A model generated the notes under the pieces. That model was not told the DNA's origin and ran no database searches. It saw nothing but the letters and a program-made list of their open reading frames with translations. This document shows, one piece after another, positions 14,501-27,545 of a stretch of 64,000 nucleotides of DNA. Position 1 is the stretch's first letter, and each line of letters opens with the position of its first letter. Source of the stretch: Microthyrium microscopicum (lineage: Eukaryota); assembly GCA_010405405.1 (NCBI GenBank), contig MU004230.1:4358282-4422281 (forward strand), written 5' to 3'. Position numbers and translations under genes: made by a program.

Positions 14501-16403
14501 CGTAAAGGGTAAGAATCTGGACAAAGTATTAGTAAATTCTGTTGTCAGAATTAGACTCGGTACTTACCTCGAGAGCGGAACCGAATGCATTCATTAAGAT
14601 GGCAAAGAACAAAACAGCGCCTCTTTGGAAGAAGCTGTTGGTATCAGGCTGAAGGTTATAGAAAACACTGCTAATGACGAGGGCCATAATAGAGTTTGAC
14701 AGGGCTTGGACGACTGTTACGCTTGGATCTCCCTTGAATCGTTGCCAGGAGCGCCACAAGCATAATTGGACTTGTTGAACATATGATAGGGTGAATGGAG
14801 AGCTGACGCGCCTAATGCTATTGTTAGCGCATGCTGTTTTCTCAAAATATTGTACTTACTGTCTCTTCGACTGCTGAGCTCGTCTCGATTGTTTGAACTT
14901 TTCCAAGTATTCGCCATCGATGGCATATTCCTTATCATACGCATCGAGCTCCTCCACCAACTTTGCCCTAGGGGCTGAGGCTTTCCACGCTCTGGCAAAG
15001 TCATCCGGAGTCTTTGGAACTCTGCTTTCCCATCCTTCACGGACAACCCGCTCTTGTGGACTAGTCATGGATGTCAAGAAATCAGGGACTGTTTGTCTAT
15101 CCGGGCAGTAAAATCCAAGGTTGATGAAATACTGGAGAGCTTCGTTGCAAGGTCCAAAGTAGATCTGACGTCCTTCGTAAATGACCAGGGCCTTATCGAA
15201 ATTTTCAAAAGCCGATTGAGGAGCCTGGTAGATCGAAACGAGTGCAGCAGTGTTCATGACGTCGGCATTAATTTTCAAAGTTTTACAGAATTCTACAGCG
15301 TTGGCACTGTCGAGACCTCGAGTACTGTTATCCCAGCACTGGAGCGGAGCGCCGGAAAGAGTAGCTTCGGCGATGGTTACTCGCTTGCGCTCACCACCGG
15401 ACACACCACGAACGTATTCGTTACCAACGATTGTATTCGCAGTGTGGCTGATACCGTACATGGCCATAACAACGTCGCGACGATGATCGGCATATACATG
15501 AGGAGTGACGCCTCCGGGGGCATGACGAGGAGCGCGAGCTCGAGCGGCAAATGTGAGGGTGTCTTTGACGGAGAGTTGTGGAAAGTGGACGTCGATTTCG
15601 GCAGTGTAAATGGCTTCACCGCGGAAATTCTTGTGCATTTGAGCAGCGCGAATACCTATACGCAAATATTAGCATGGCTTATTTCAGCACCTTTTCGAAA
15701 ATGGCTGACCTTGATAGTTGATATACGAATCCTTGTCTACATTGAAACCATGAGTTTCCCCAGAAATCGTCTTCAAGAAAGTCGTGCAACCGGATCCGGG
15801 CGGACCCAGCACAACCAACATTTCACCGGGTCTTACGATACCCTCAAAGTCTCGCAAGATGTCGATACGTCGTTGCTTGCGCCCTAGAAGAGTTCGAATG
15901 CTTCCATAGGCCTGTATCCAGATACTGCTGACTGTCTTTTGGAAATCTGTCTCGGCACCAAATCCGTATACATTCATATTGCGATAAGCGACACCTGCAG
16001 TGCGAAGCGGGTTGTTTTCATCTCGCGCCTGCAGGTTCATGAGCGCTTTCGCCCATGCCTTTGCATTGAAATTCTCGGAATTTGGATTCAATTTGGAATC
16101 TGGTCCAGCTTCTAATGGATTGTTGTCGATTTCTGAATAACTTGAGCCCTGCGTCATTTTCCGAGCCAATCCATGAATTTCTTTGTCGCGTCGCACATCT
16201 TCCTCGTCTGGAGTCCGAGTTACATCTTCATAACCACCCTCTGTTTTCTCAGTTGGACGCGACCGTTGGCGATGCATGCCAATTGGCGTCTCTGTTTCTT
16301 CAGCACCTTGACTGGGCCGTCGTGCATTGTGAGTGGTAGGGGCACCCGAGCGCTCCATTGTCGCGTCGTTGTTATTTGTGACTCCACTTCCAAGAAAGGA
16401 CAT
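11538..16403 (-). CDS. Pleiotropic drug resistance (PDR/ABCG) full-size ABC transporter, Pdr5/Cdr1/Atr-like, 5 exons
   Basis: Introns at 15656-15709, 14812-14859, 14517-14567 and 12319-12366 join the ORFs in frame. NBD1 has the PDR-typical degenerate Walker [10 protein letters not shown], signature [13 protein letters not shown] and [13 protein letters not shown]2 has [23 protein letters not shown] and [10 protein letters not shown]. Domain order is NBD-TMD-NBD-TMD. Confidence 0.97.
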
Positions 16404-18567
16404 GTTGGAGTTGTGTTTTCTGCAATTGCAGAAGCAAGGCGAGCAGAAAGTAGCTCTCGAGGCGGGGATAAAACTACACCGAGCGACAAAACAGCGTGGG
16501 CTCAGCTATCAATGAACTTTTTGGCATCCAGCAATGTTTATTTGGGGTAACCTGGTTCGAAAGTAGCACAACAGGGCTTCCCGGGCGCGTGGGAGCAGCG
16601 GGCCTGGGACAGGGAAAGAAAAGATTAAAAAAGGTAAGGTCCGAACGCAATAATAACTTAACAAGGAGCAAACGGTGACGAAGGCCGAGAGCTCAACTTA
16701 TTTTGGCGACGGATATTGCAGCACTGGTTAATCGGCTCTGCCTCCCATGTACTTGTGCTAGGCTGGACGGTCAATTTCCGAGGCGTAGCTGGAAGATGTT
16801 TTGAGGTGAATGGTGATGGTCGGCGAAAACTCCAGAGTTTAGGGACCTGAAAGGAACAGTCGGATGCCAGGAGATAGGACAAACGAGAAACAAAGGGTCA
16901 AACTGGAATGGGGGAGAGTTGAGAGTTTTGAGGTAGAGTTGCTTGATGCTTATGGGTCACTGGCCACTGGCCAGGGGCCATGATGCAAGTCAACAAAACG
17001 TTGTGACGCTCCACTGACTTTGGAGACACTAGTTCGGATAACGGGTATCAAGCATCCGCATCCGTGAGCCTTCCCTTCCTTCGTTCTCTACAGATTCCTT
17101 GAAGGCGTCGCTTAAGGGTCCATAAGTTATAGTAATTTTGTCTATGCTAGCTGCTACCAACGCCAATGGGCTGTTCAATTTCGGCTTCCATTGTCTTGGC
17201 TATCCAATCAAACTCGTAGAAAGCCGACAACTGTGGAGCCTCATTCTCTTTTGAGCATGTAAACGAGGGATAATTGCTTGGCTTTGCTGACCTCATCCAA
17301 GCGCATTTGTCTTCCTCTTTCGGCCTTCTAGAAACGGTTCTTGAAATTATACCGTGCCGACTGCCAGTGAAACGATCCATATCATTATGGCTCATTCCCG
17401 CCAAGCCTCTCAAACAACTGCCATGATACCCATATCTTCATACGGATAGCTACATCGATTGACCAGCCTCTAACCTGGTGATAGGGTCTCTGCTGTGCTA
17501 CCTTTTACCAGTTTTCGCTTTGTTCCCAAGACACTAAGAATGCAGCTATCTGGTCCAGTAACTCCAGTCCGGAGTGCCGGGAAAGTACCTACCTATACAA
17601 TGCGAATACAGGGCGAACCTTTGACGTTGATGATCAACTTCCGCGTTTCTAATAGTGGCAAGCGCATCTTCACTTTTCACGGAGAGAAACAAAACATGTT
17701 TCCGTCGTTGCCGGATGCTCCCATGGAAGTTCCTAGTGTTGAAACCACTAGTATTCTTAGTTTCAAGGGATTTTGGGAATATATCGAATATAAAATCCAG
17801 CGAGATGGTACTTGATTGCAAAACCCTACAACCACCCGTCGTCCCTAGACATATGATAATGACGGCACTTTTCTTGCCTTAAATCAGTCACTTCTGATAT
17901 CTGTTTCGGTGAGAACCATTGATCTGCACCAGATAGGATTGAGTCAGCATAAGCAGTAGGAATCCGAGATACGAGTGGAAAGCCGCTAGCATCCGCAGGA
18001 CGGAGCTCTAGCTTTCCCGAGCCGAAACGGCTGCTAGGGACATCTACGCCTCAGGATAAAAACTCTATCTCTTTTTCTCAGATCACGTCGAGTCAACTTC
18101 ACGATAAAAATCAAGACCTTTGTCCCAACGCTCCGGGGGCCCATGTAGTAGTTTTTGTACTCTTAAAAGTCCTTCCTGGACCCTGTTGCGGCCTGCAATT
18201 CGTGATTCCCAATCAGATACCATTAACACAAGCCCTGTAGCTCAAAAGGATTATTCAAGCATGGTCACAGCCAATGACTAGAATTGACCCCAAACCTCAA
18301 CCTCTAATTGCCAAGTATCCCAGAATCCTGAATCTGCACATCGACACATTGAGTCCAGCGATCTCGCTATCACCCCGCTAGATCTAAAGCCTCTAAAACC
18401 GTCTCCGTGGACTTACCAAGCCAACATCCAGTTGCTACTAACCACTATCTCAATCCAACGTGTCAAACCAAAGCATTCCACGGCAACTAAATTCTCACCG
18501 TCAGCACACAACCCGCCAGCCCGGCACATCGACATCAGCCTTCTTCAAGAACAACACCAGCAATACC

Positions 18568-19041
18568 ATGTCCACCACAAGCTCCCTCTTCAGCCTCGGC
18601 CTAGCCGGCCCAACCCTCCTCTCCCTCTCCCCCATCGTCGTCGCCACAGGCGCCTTCGTAATGGACTACAACGAAACACACGTCTACAACCCCAACTGGC
18701 CGCCGCACGCGCGCTTCCACAACGGCCAAACAATGAGTATGGGCGTCGTCCTCGCCGCCGGTGCACTCTACTATACCTGGCGCGCACCTCTGCTCAACAC
18801 CACACCCGCTACTGCCTCATCACAGGCTCGCGTTAAAGACCATCTGCTGGGAGCAGCGTTGTGGGCGACGGTATATGGCTTCACGGGTCTAACAGCGATC
18901 CTGTATCCGGGAAGTAAGGGTGTGGATCCAGAGTTTGGCGAAGATACGTTTCCGCAGAAGTGGGTATTTGGCGGGGCGGTTGTGGTGGCGTGGGTGGGGT
19001 ATGCGCTGGCGCTGGGGAATGTTAAGGAGAAGGTGCTTTGA
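18568..19041 (+). CDS. Small intronless membrane protein, DUF6640-like (157 aa)
   Basis: ATG in ACCATG context at 18568. Contains 'DYNETHVYNPNWPPHARFHNGQTMSMG', which I recognise from a family of fungal and bacterial 4-TM proteins, plus 'LYPGS..DPEF' and four hydrophobic segments. Confidence 0.8.
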   Translation: MSTTSSLFSLGLAGPTLLSLSPIVVATGAFVMDYNETHVYNPNWPPHARFHNGQTMSMGVVLAAGALYYTWRAPLLNTTPATASSQARVKDHLLGAALWATVYGFTGLTAILYPGSKGVDPEFGEDTFPQKWVFGGAVVVAWVGYALALGNVKEKVL

Positions 19042-20351
19042 ATCTTGATATACGGGTTGGTGGTTACGATGGGAGAGGATTGGGTATTGGGGAAAAGTTT
19101 AATGGTGGTTGGTACGGGCATATACCTTACTGAGAGATGATGTGTTAGCTCTGTGGGGAGAAGGTTTGGAGATGCGACTGGTTGTTTGGTAACTGCGGCT
19201 GCATTTTGTAGCGCCGAATAGGTGCATATATGCACGAGTTTATTTTATTTCAAGATCTAGATTCTTGATAGGTTCTATAATGTGACTGATAATGGAGACG
19301 AGAGTCACATGTGCTAGAAGTATGATGCGTCTTAACTGGCGTGCTATTACCTCCAGTCATCATTGAACTCTACTCTATTTTCTTCCTACATAAAGAAATG
19401 CGGACAGCTCGCATTCGCAAAGAATCAACATACCTTGGCCTCGCCTAAGTAAACGAACTAGCAATCTACGTCATGGTTCAATTGCCGAGTCGCACACGTC
19501 AAACCAAACCCAGAAAAGAGTGAAACGAAACGAGGATATGCCTGTCTAGCGTTTGCGGCTCGAGAGTTTGAAACATGCAACACATGGAAACACAACATGG
19601 AAGGAAACGCTCGGGTCCAGGCACAAGGAGCTGGGGTACAGCAGCATTGCATGTGCTTTGAATAACCGGAAATCAGAGGGACGACAAGCAACAACAACCC
19701 ACCGACTTGACCACCAAGATGTCAAATTTATATTGCAATATGCCCTCAAGCCTGGTTTTGCAAATCTTAAGACAGGCCTCGATAATAATAACAACACAAA
19801 TCAGGCTAGACGAGATCGACAACTAGGTTCATTGACATGCTCCATCGGGCCAGTTGGCTGTACTCGGCAAGCAGAGCCTCTTAATATAAAAGGGCCAATA
19901 TAGGGAGGTACGCGAGCAAGCGATGTACGTATAGACGGGCTAACTCGGGATCCAAGAATAGCAATTGCATGCGTAGCGATATCAAACACACACGTCCTCT
20001 CATAAAAGCAGTGAAATGAAGATTTGCTAGCAAATTAAGCACGTGTTGTATTTTGCAACTAACAGTATCAAGACATCCTGGATCCAGTCCACAAAAGACT
20101 CCTACGCTGTGCTAAAGTACTTGTCTGCCTAGCTAAGCAGATCCAGGTCTAAAAATTGTAAAGGTAAACAACAATGGTTAGTGGTAGAGATATGCGGCCA
20201 CAGTCTTCCGTACCGGCTCTTCGACGGCCGATCGATCCATGTAAGGCATCTGTATCTACGCATCTTCCCTTCCTCGTCCGTGTTCTGGGCCCTGGCTGCG
20301 CTTTCATTTGCATCTCCCGAAGAAGATCTATCGCGCAACTAGGCCGAGATG

Positions 20352-23110
20352 TTATGTCTTGCGTGACTTTCTGACACCTGCGCCCCCTGCGACTGGTAAC
20401 ATGCTCGCTCGCCGCGCTTTAGGCTTAGGCGCGACGGGCTCGTCAATAACTACAGCGACACTTTTGACGCTCGGAGTGAGATTCAGCTTCTTAGGCGGAG
20501 GGATCCGGCTCTTGGCGGCTTTGGCTGCTGTTGCGGCCGTTTTGATGCTCTTGGTGGGTTTTGGTGCTGGCGCTGGAGTCTCGTTGGTAGTTGCTTCGGC
20601 AACTGCCAACTGTTTTTGCTCGGCGACTTCGTCTGGTAAGAGGGTGGATGCGAGGACTCCTTTGGCTGGCGTGCCATTTGCTGCCCCAAGACCGCGAAGA
20701 CGGCGGACAGAGTTGGTGGCTGATCGGGTTTGAACTCGAACGCGTGATGGCTTTGCTGGTGTCACGACCGCTGTAACAGGATTGTTAGGGTCTATCGGCT
20801 CTGGGGCTTTTTCATTGAAGAGCAAGGGTTCTTTTTCAGGTTGGCCTGTGGCTTCGTTCAGAAACTCCATGGACTCGCTCCAGCGAACACCTTTCTGGCC
20901 CGCTTCGACAGCCTTGGGCTCTGGGGTGGTGCCATCTTTGCCAATGACGGCAATGTCTGCGCCCCATTTGACCAGACGATCAGGGACAGATAGAGCAGGG
21001 CCTTTGTTCTTGCGAGTATTGCGACGCGTTTCGAGGACGAGCAGTTGGTTTTCAGTCTTGGTGAGCGACAGAGTCATTGTCTCGTTTCCGCGCACCGCTA
21101 CCATATGAGGTGCAGAAACGTTGGGAGTAGTACTCGCAGAGCGCGTTGTACGGGCCCGTCCACTTCGGCGTGGGGAGGGAGGTTTGGCTGGTTCAGCGAA
21201 CAAATCGTCAACTGATGGTAGAACAAATTCTGGCTCTGGAACGACTTTGGTTGGAGACTTTTTCAAAGATGTTGAATCCTCAGTAACACTCTGTAGCAAT
21301 TTATTGGGAGAGAATAGGTTGGTGCCTTTGTTTTCTAGTGGAAGCCGCCCAGGAGACGCCAGTGCTATGCGTACTGCATCTGAATCACGTCGATTCTGAA
21401 CCGACTCTCGCCGCGTGCAATTATCATCCACAGCGTTTGGTGCCGGTTTGTTGGCTTTGCTTGCGGCTGTGCGATCTAAAAATGACTGAAGGAAGGCCTT
21501 ATCTTCTTCCAGATGTTGAAGTGATGTAATTGTCATCGTTGCTGTCACGTCTTCTTCTGGGGATGGAGTTTCTGCATTGTCAATTTCTATCGCTTCAGGT
21601 GTAGGCGAGCTTGGTGCACCCAGGTTTTGTTTTTGATCGGCTTCGTTATGAGCTTGAGTACTGGGCTCCATGTTCTCCTCACTGGATTCGAAGAGGTCGT
21701 CAGAGATGTGTCGTAGAGGGGACATATCTGCTTTTGACTCGTCTTCAGTTACCACTAAGTTAACATTGACATGGTCCAGGGGTAGAGGTGCGGCGCTTGC
21801 GATGTGTTGCTCTGCTGAATCTTGTTGGATTATGACGGCTTTGTTCTCAGCAGATATTTGAATAAGAGATTCGACAAATGTCTCAGAGATCTTGTGGTCG
21901 ACGTCAATTTCCGGTAGCACACTAGTGTTACCAGAATCATCTTCGCTCTCATGTGACACTTCAACGCGCGTTTGATTGCTGATGAGTGATTGGTGGGAGG
22001 GTTGAGCGGAACAAGACTCGGCGACAGACATATCTATGAGATCGCTATTATCGACCGAGCTTAGTAGCTCATGGGCCTGTTGTCCTTCAACATGATCTTC
22101 CGGAACCGAATAACCTTCAAATTCTACGTTGTCTGGCACATTCGAGCTTCCAGGATTGTTCGCCATCGATTTCCGCCGGCTTTTACTGGGGTCCTGTGGT
22201 GAAACCGCCAGAATTTCGAGTTTTGATGTCGCCTTCATGATCTTATCAACTTCAGTCGCATCGTCGATATCCTTGGTAAGAACAAGATGATCAGCTTGTA
22301 TCTCAGGATCGCGTCGAGGAGTGGGACTCAGAGGGTCTGTTCCAGTAGTAGCATAATTATCCGCTATTGTATTTTTCTTCACTTCTTCCGCATCATTCTG
22401 ATCAATCAGCTCTTCTCCTACAAGAGCATCTTCTAAAGTGTCGTCAAGGTCATTTTTTCGACTATCTTCCAAATCAATAGCGTTAGCATCCATCATGGCT
22501 ATATTCAAGTCATCTAAAGAAGAGTTATCGATCGTATGGTCCGCGAGATGGGCTGATGTTGGGTTTAGGCTTTGGGCTCGTTTTCCTAGCGATTGTTAGA
22601 CACTTGAATCATTAAAAGAGCGCGAGCAGCCAGGAACATACTCGGTAAATAGGTTCCTCTCTTCTCCCACTTGGTCGCTACATATGTTGGCGAGGACAGC
22701 ACTCCTATGATACCAACAGCAGATTCTTCCGCCTCCAGGTCGTCATTTGGTGCGCCAGTCCGCAGCTTCTTCAATGCTCTTTGAGGCGACTGTATAGCCG
22801 GGATGTCATAAAGGTCTGCTCGATTTTGGGGCTGTACGGTATGTCTTCGACTATTTGAGCCAGAGGGTTGTGATGGGAAATTGTGCGCCTTCCAGACTTT
22901 TTTGAAGCGGCTATCTTCGCTGACTGGCGGTTGAGGCACACGTTCCCAAGCACGCGGGATATGTCCAGAGAGTGTAACTCTTGTGGTGTCTAAGGTCTCG
23001 GCTTTTGAGGGTGTCCAGGCAAGGTCGACGGCTGCTGGATCAGGTTGTACTTGTGGTGGTTGGATGTTGTTGACGCTCAGTGGCGGGAGAGGGGACTCGG
23101 GGGAGCCCAT
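20352..23110 (-). CDS. Uncharacterised low-complexity, largely disordered protein (~900 aa), 2 exons
   Basis: ATG at 23110 (MGSPESP). Intron 22586-22641 (GTATGT...CTAG) joins ORF 22586-23170 in frame with the 718-aa ORF. Acidic S/E/D-rich middle and basic K/R/P-rich C-terminus with 'TRRNTRKNKG' and 'KGVRWSE'. Confidence 0.8.
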
Positions 23111-23466
23111 GGTGGTTGTAAACTTTGTGCCAGTCGAATACAGGGAATAGCAGCCAGCCGCGCAAAGCAAACGCTGTCGAGAATAATGTGGTCAAGGTAG
23201 GTTGTTTGGAAAGTTGGAGTTGGGGAGAGCAGTTGCAACCAGGAGTGCAGGGTTATGTTGGTTGAAGTAAACAAAGCCTACAACCAATCAACGAACGCGC
23301 TGTAGGTGCACGGTGAAATCTCGGCGCCTGTTTTAGATCTCGACTTTTTGAGGCTCGAACCAAATTTCTAAACGACATCAACTATCCAGTTGCAACATTA
23401 TTCACTGTTATTGTCTCAACTTCTGCTCGATTCCTGGCATTGATTTGTCGGGCTCACTCGCTCACG

Positions 23467-23886
23467 ATGGTACCTAAGCCTGTTACCGGTGCTGTTAGAA
23501 AAGCTAGCATCCAAAAGCTCGCTGTTGACAAGCTCGTTGTCAAGAACTCCAGCGTTCGCGAGCAAAATCCATGTACAACAGTCATGACTGCTATGCTTGG
23601 TACGTCCTACTGCTCTTCGATCTCATAGAATTGAAATCCTAATGTATTTCCCAGGCTGCTGGGCGTCCCAAGGCCAAGTTGCTGCGAATTGCCTGGCGCT
23701 TGAACAATCATTACGGACATGCATGGACACGAAGGTAATACCTACTACCTCGCCCAATAGAGTAATCGACAATCCATACTAACGCAACCGTAGGGCATTC
23801 AAAAAACGCGAAAGAACCCGATCAATCAACAACTATCCCAGTTCTACAAGAGTTTCCGAGGACCAAAGCCATCAAAGAATCACTGA
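23467..23886 (+). CDS. MRP10: Mitochondrial small-subunit ribosomal protein mS37/Mrp10 (CHCH domain), 3 exons
   Basis: Introns 23600-23654 and 23735-23793. The spliced product contains 'NPCTTVMTAMLGCWASQG...CLALEQSLRTCMD...NPINQQLSQFY', a twin Cx9C motif typical of Mrp10. Confidence 0.9.
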
Positions 23887-24374
23887 GCATCTTTGCCGTT
23901 TCTGTTTTGCATTTCGAGGCGTTTAGGAGGAAACAATCATGCGCTTAGGCATGCACGGGATCTTTTGGCGCATTTATACCCCTATCTGCTAGCTGGTGGT
24001 ATCGAGACAGTTATGGAGCTCAACGGCACCTTGGAAAGAACCGTCCAACTATATGCTGGACGATCCTGGATTCTCTTCACGGTTTTAGGATGTCTGCAAC
24101 TCTTCCTTGCATCATACTCGGATCACGACGTCGATCCATCATGAAGAAGGTACGATACTGATCATTAAGGATATCCATTAGATTTTGTACATTATGTAAA
24201 TATAACACCAACGACCACCAGCGATGCCATTATTGAACCTCAAATATGCAACTAAACTTTGAGGGACCGATCGATTTGCGCAAACCCCGACACACTTACC
24301 AAGAGCAAAGTTTGTTTAAAGTTTGTTTATCAAACATATCTCGAGTCTGAACGTAGGAGTCACACAGCAGAAAT

Positions 24375-26679
24375 CTACCGGCTCCAAATTACGCAATTGA
24401 CCCCCAAGCCATACTCAGCACTTGCAAGCTCCACAGCACAGGAAAAGCAACACTCTTCGCCTAGCACATCTCTTCGAACAATAGCATGGCGGCCAGTCTC
24501 AGCACACCAAGCTCGAGCCACAACTTCGTCTCCTTCTCCAAGCGCATTGATTATGAAAACACGATTCACCGTGGGGTAGAAACCTTTCAGTTGGCTCACG
24601 TAGACAGCGTCTCGAAGGTGCATTTGTGCTTCTCTTCGGAATGACGGATGCGACCCTACACACGGTGGGGCAGAGACAAACAATGGGTTGGTATACAAAG
24701 TATAGCGCACTGGTTCGCGACTGATCTCAAAATCCAGACTTGCTCGATATGTCTCCTTTGGTAGAGTAGTATCCTCCTCTACCACCGATAGAGGAGTCGG
24801 AATCAGTTCCAGGTTGATTCCTTTGAACATGCAGGGTGTTGCGTTCATTCTCGGCGCAAGTGGCTCAGGAACGATGTATTCGCCAATGTCGCCAACGGCA
24901 TCGATCATTTGCGTGGTGCTTTCTCCGCTACCACCCATAAAACCATATGACTCCCATGAGCGGGTGCTCCTTACGAGGGGAGCCGATTTGTCGATGCTGC
25001 GACAATTTAGCCTTATCCAACCGGTCATCCGTCTATTTGGCAGTATTCGGGGAGCAGGACACGGTCCAATCCAGCCAGCAACAGAACGCGCGTGCCTGAG
25101 TCCACCGAGCACCCTCCCTAGAGCAGTGTTTTGCGGCCAGTAACTGTTGTCTTTGACACAAAGCCCGTTCTCGAAATATGGCGCGGCATTCAAGTGTCGA
25201 ACAGTAGGCGAAACATCCACCAAAACAGCCATTAATCGATGTCGAAAAATCTTTCCTGGAAGCGACAGGCCATAGAGCCAATCACATACGTCCCAGCTCA
25301 GGTCTGCGGTCCCGGCACTGAGATGCGTATAGGCGCTTTCGATAGAGGCTCTTGCTTCGTCCATGTATGGCCATCCTATTGCTTCTGCGAAGCGTACCAC
25401 ACCATCGATTTGACGTTGATGGTTTTTGGCGTAGAACGAATATTTGATCGGATCGTCCTTTCCTGCCTCTCTTAGATTTATGTCTACATTGTGCGTGCAT
25501 AGACGAGCGAGAAGCATCATCGTCGAAATATTTGGCGTGACGACATCGCGGTAACATGCAACGAAACCACGAGAGCATGATCCGGCTGGCTGCTGTCGAA
25601 TCCGAATCAGTAGCTCTATGCCCAAGCACATCTGATACAGGCTACTGCGGAGCAAGGCGTCGGAGCCTGTAGACTTTACATTCAACAGTCTGTTCGTAAA
25701 TGTCCTGGTCACGGATAGATCAGGAAACCGTGTCGGATCTTCTTTTGTTGTTCGAGTTATCATCCCGCAAATCGTCTCAATTTGTTTCCTACGATTGACT
25801 GCAGCTTCGGCTTTAGTGTTGGGAGTGCCAAAGCCAAATGACTTGGCATCAGACCTACATATCGTTAGTCCTTGAATCCTCATAGACCAATCTTGTTCGT
25901 AAGGACTTACCGAGATATGCCAAGTATTTCTAGAATACCTTCGTTATCTTCTTGATACTTGGACTCACCGAGGAAGTACAGTCTAGCCACGACCTTTTCA
26001 GCCGGAAGATCTGGCAGTGCAACATACAATGCCGGTGTTTGATGACTCAGTGCAGCATCTTTTAGCACATTGACCCGATATTCTTCGCAATAACCTTGAA
26101 CAGAAATGGTGCCAGCTATCTTGCCTGCATATAATTCTGTCGATTCACAGTCGTCGTCAGGAAAAGTACTTCCAGGATATGTATTGTCATTCACTGGTAT
26201 AGTCATGCGACCTTCAAAACGCAATTAGCTCAAAAAGTATTTCGAGTAATGGAGGTCTTACTATGAGAAGGGTGAATGAATGCTGATTTTGCCTTCTCTT
26301 TGAGCTCGCGCACTCGTATATCATCTTTCTCCAGACCGAAATACGACAGCTCTGGAACTTCTACTCCATGCATATTCGTCGTCATACGTATCTGAGCTTT
26401 TCCCTTCCACCTGGACGCCAGATGTGAAATTGCTTGAGCATGGCTTTGGTTTAGCTGTTCCAGTGTTGTGCTGGCAACGTCCGAGTAATCTGGAGGTGGA
26501 TCTTCTGGGTCATCAATCTGTTCTGTCTCGGTATAAGTTGGAACTGAGTCTGTTCCAACAATTGCATTGGAAGAGGCCTCATTTTCAGGAGGCTGGGATT
26601 GGTTATTAGCTTGACGCAATGTCAAAGCATCGAAGTGAGCATTGTCCGCTGATGCTTCGGCCTGAACTTTTTTGGACAT
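24375..26679 (-). CDS. Uncharacterised ascomycete protein (~730 aa), 3 exons
   Basis: Introns 26212-26261 and 25855-25910 join ORFs 26230-26679, 25907-26224 and 24375-25883 in frame. N-terminal PY-like motifs (PTYTE, PPPDY). C-terminal 'EVVARAWCAETGRHAIV...CCFSCA' motif that I recall from fungal hypothetical proteins. Confidence 0.8.
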
Positions 26680-27545
26680 GATGTTACTTATTTGTGAATG
26701 GATGAAATCGAACTCAGACAGGCAAACGGCATGATTAAGAAGAGGGAACCTTTATATTCTTTGATGTGGCAGTTATCAAAGCCACAGGCACAGCATAGCC
26801 TGGCACTTTAATATTGGGGCCAAAATGTTGATTCTTGGATTTCAAGTGTTCATGTGGCTGTGTTTTCATGCCGCCATATGGTACATGCAGACTTTAGCAT
26901 TCAGATCGCTTAGGGATAGATAGTTCAGCTCGAGGCCGGTACTTAGACAGGAACTATGGCTGAACCTTGTTGTGGAGGCTTCGAAGTTTATCTCATCGAC
27001 TGGTGGCTAAGAGGCAAGTCAAAACATGCGATGCGAGATCTTGGAGGCCGGACAACCTCTAGAGGTTCTACTGAAGAGTATGCTTAAGCTGCTTCCATGG
27101 TCAGAACATACTCACCACAGTACCTAGCTGATTTGACAGATCCTGAAATTCACATCTCAATATCTCGCCTTTGCAAGCAAAAGAAGCGACTTGTTCCCGA
27201 TGATTCACTATACTCGAATTAGAGTCGTCACGGCTTCCACAAGTCGGGAATACCGACACTGTAGGTTCAGTTTGGACGCAAAGAAATACTAGCCCTGAAA
27301 AGACTCAGAGAAATTGACCTTAAAGACCTCAAGGGGAACTCTTGCCAGAGCCCACACGTGGGTTAGAGTTCAACAAGCACATCGTCTAGCCTATGGTATA
27401 ATTGCTTGTTAGAGCTCAGCCTGATCAAGAGCAGTAATAAATCAAAGTCTTGGTACATGAAAAGCACTAACATCTATCGAACTCAAGGGTAAGAGCTGCA
27501 GTATCCTATATCTCCATCACATCGCAGCCACCAACATGCCATTCT

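Noticed and set aside
16404..17100. Yeast-type PDRE (TCCGCGGA) or CGG-N12-CCG element upstream of the PDR transporter
   Set aside because: No exact match found. The CGG...CCG pairs I checked have spacings of 7, 9 and 11, too unspecific to call.
17495..17815. 106-aa ORF between the ABC transporter and the DUF6640-like gene
   Set aside because: No recognisable domain or supporting splice structure; it could be chance.
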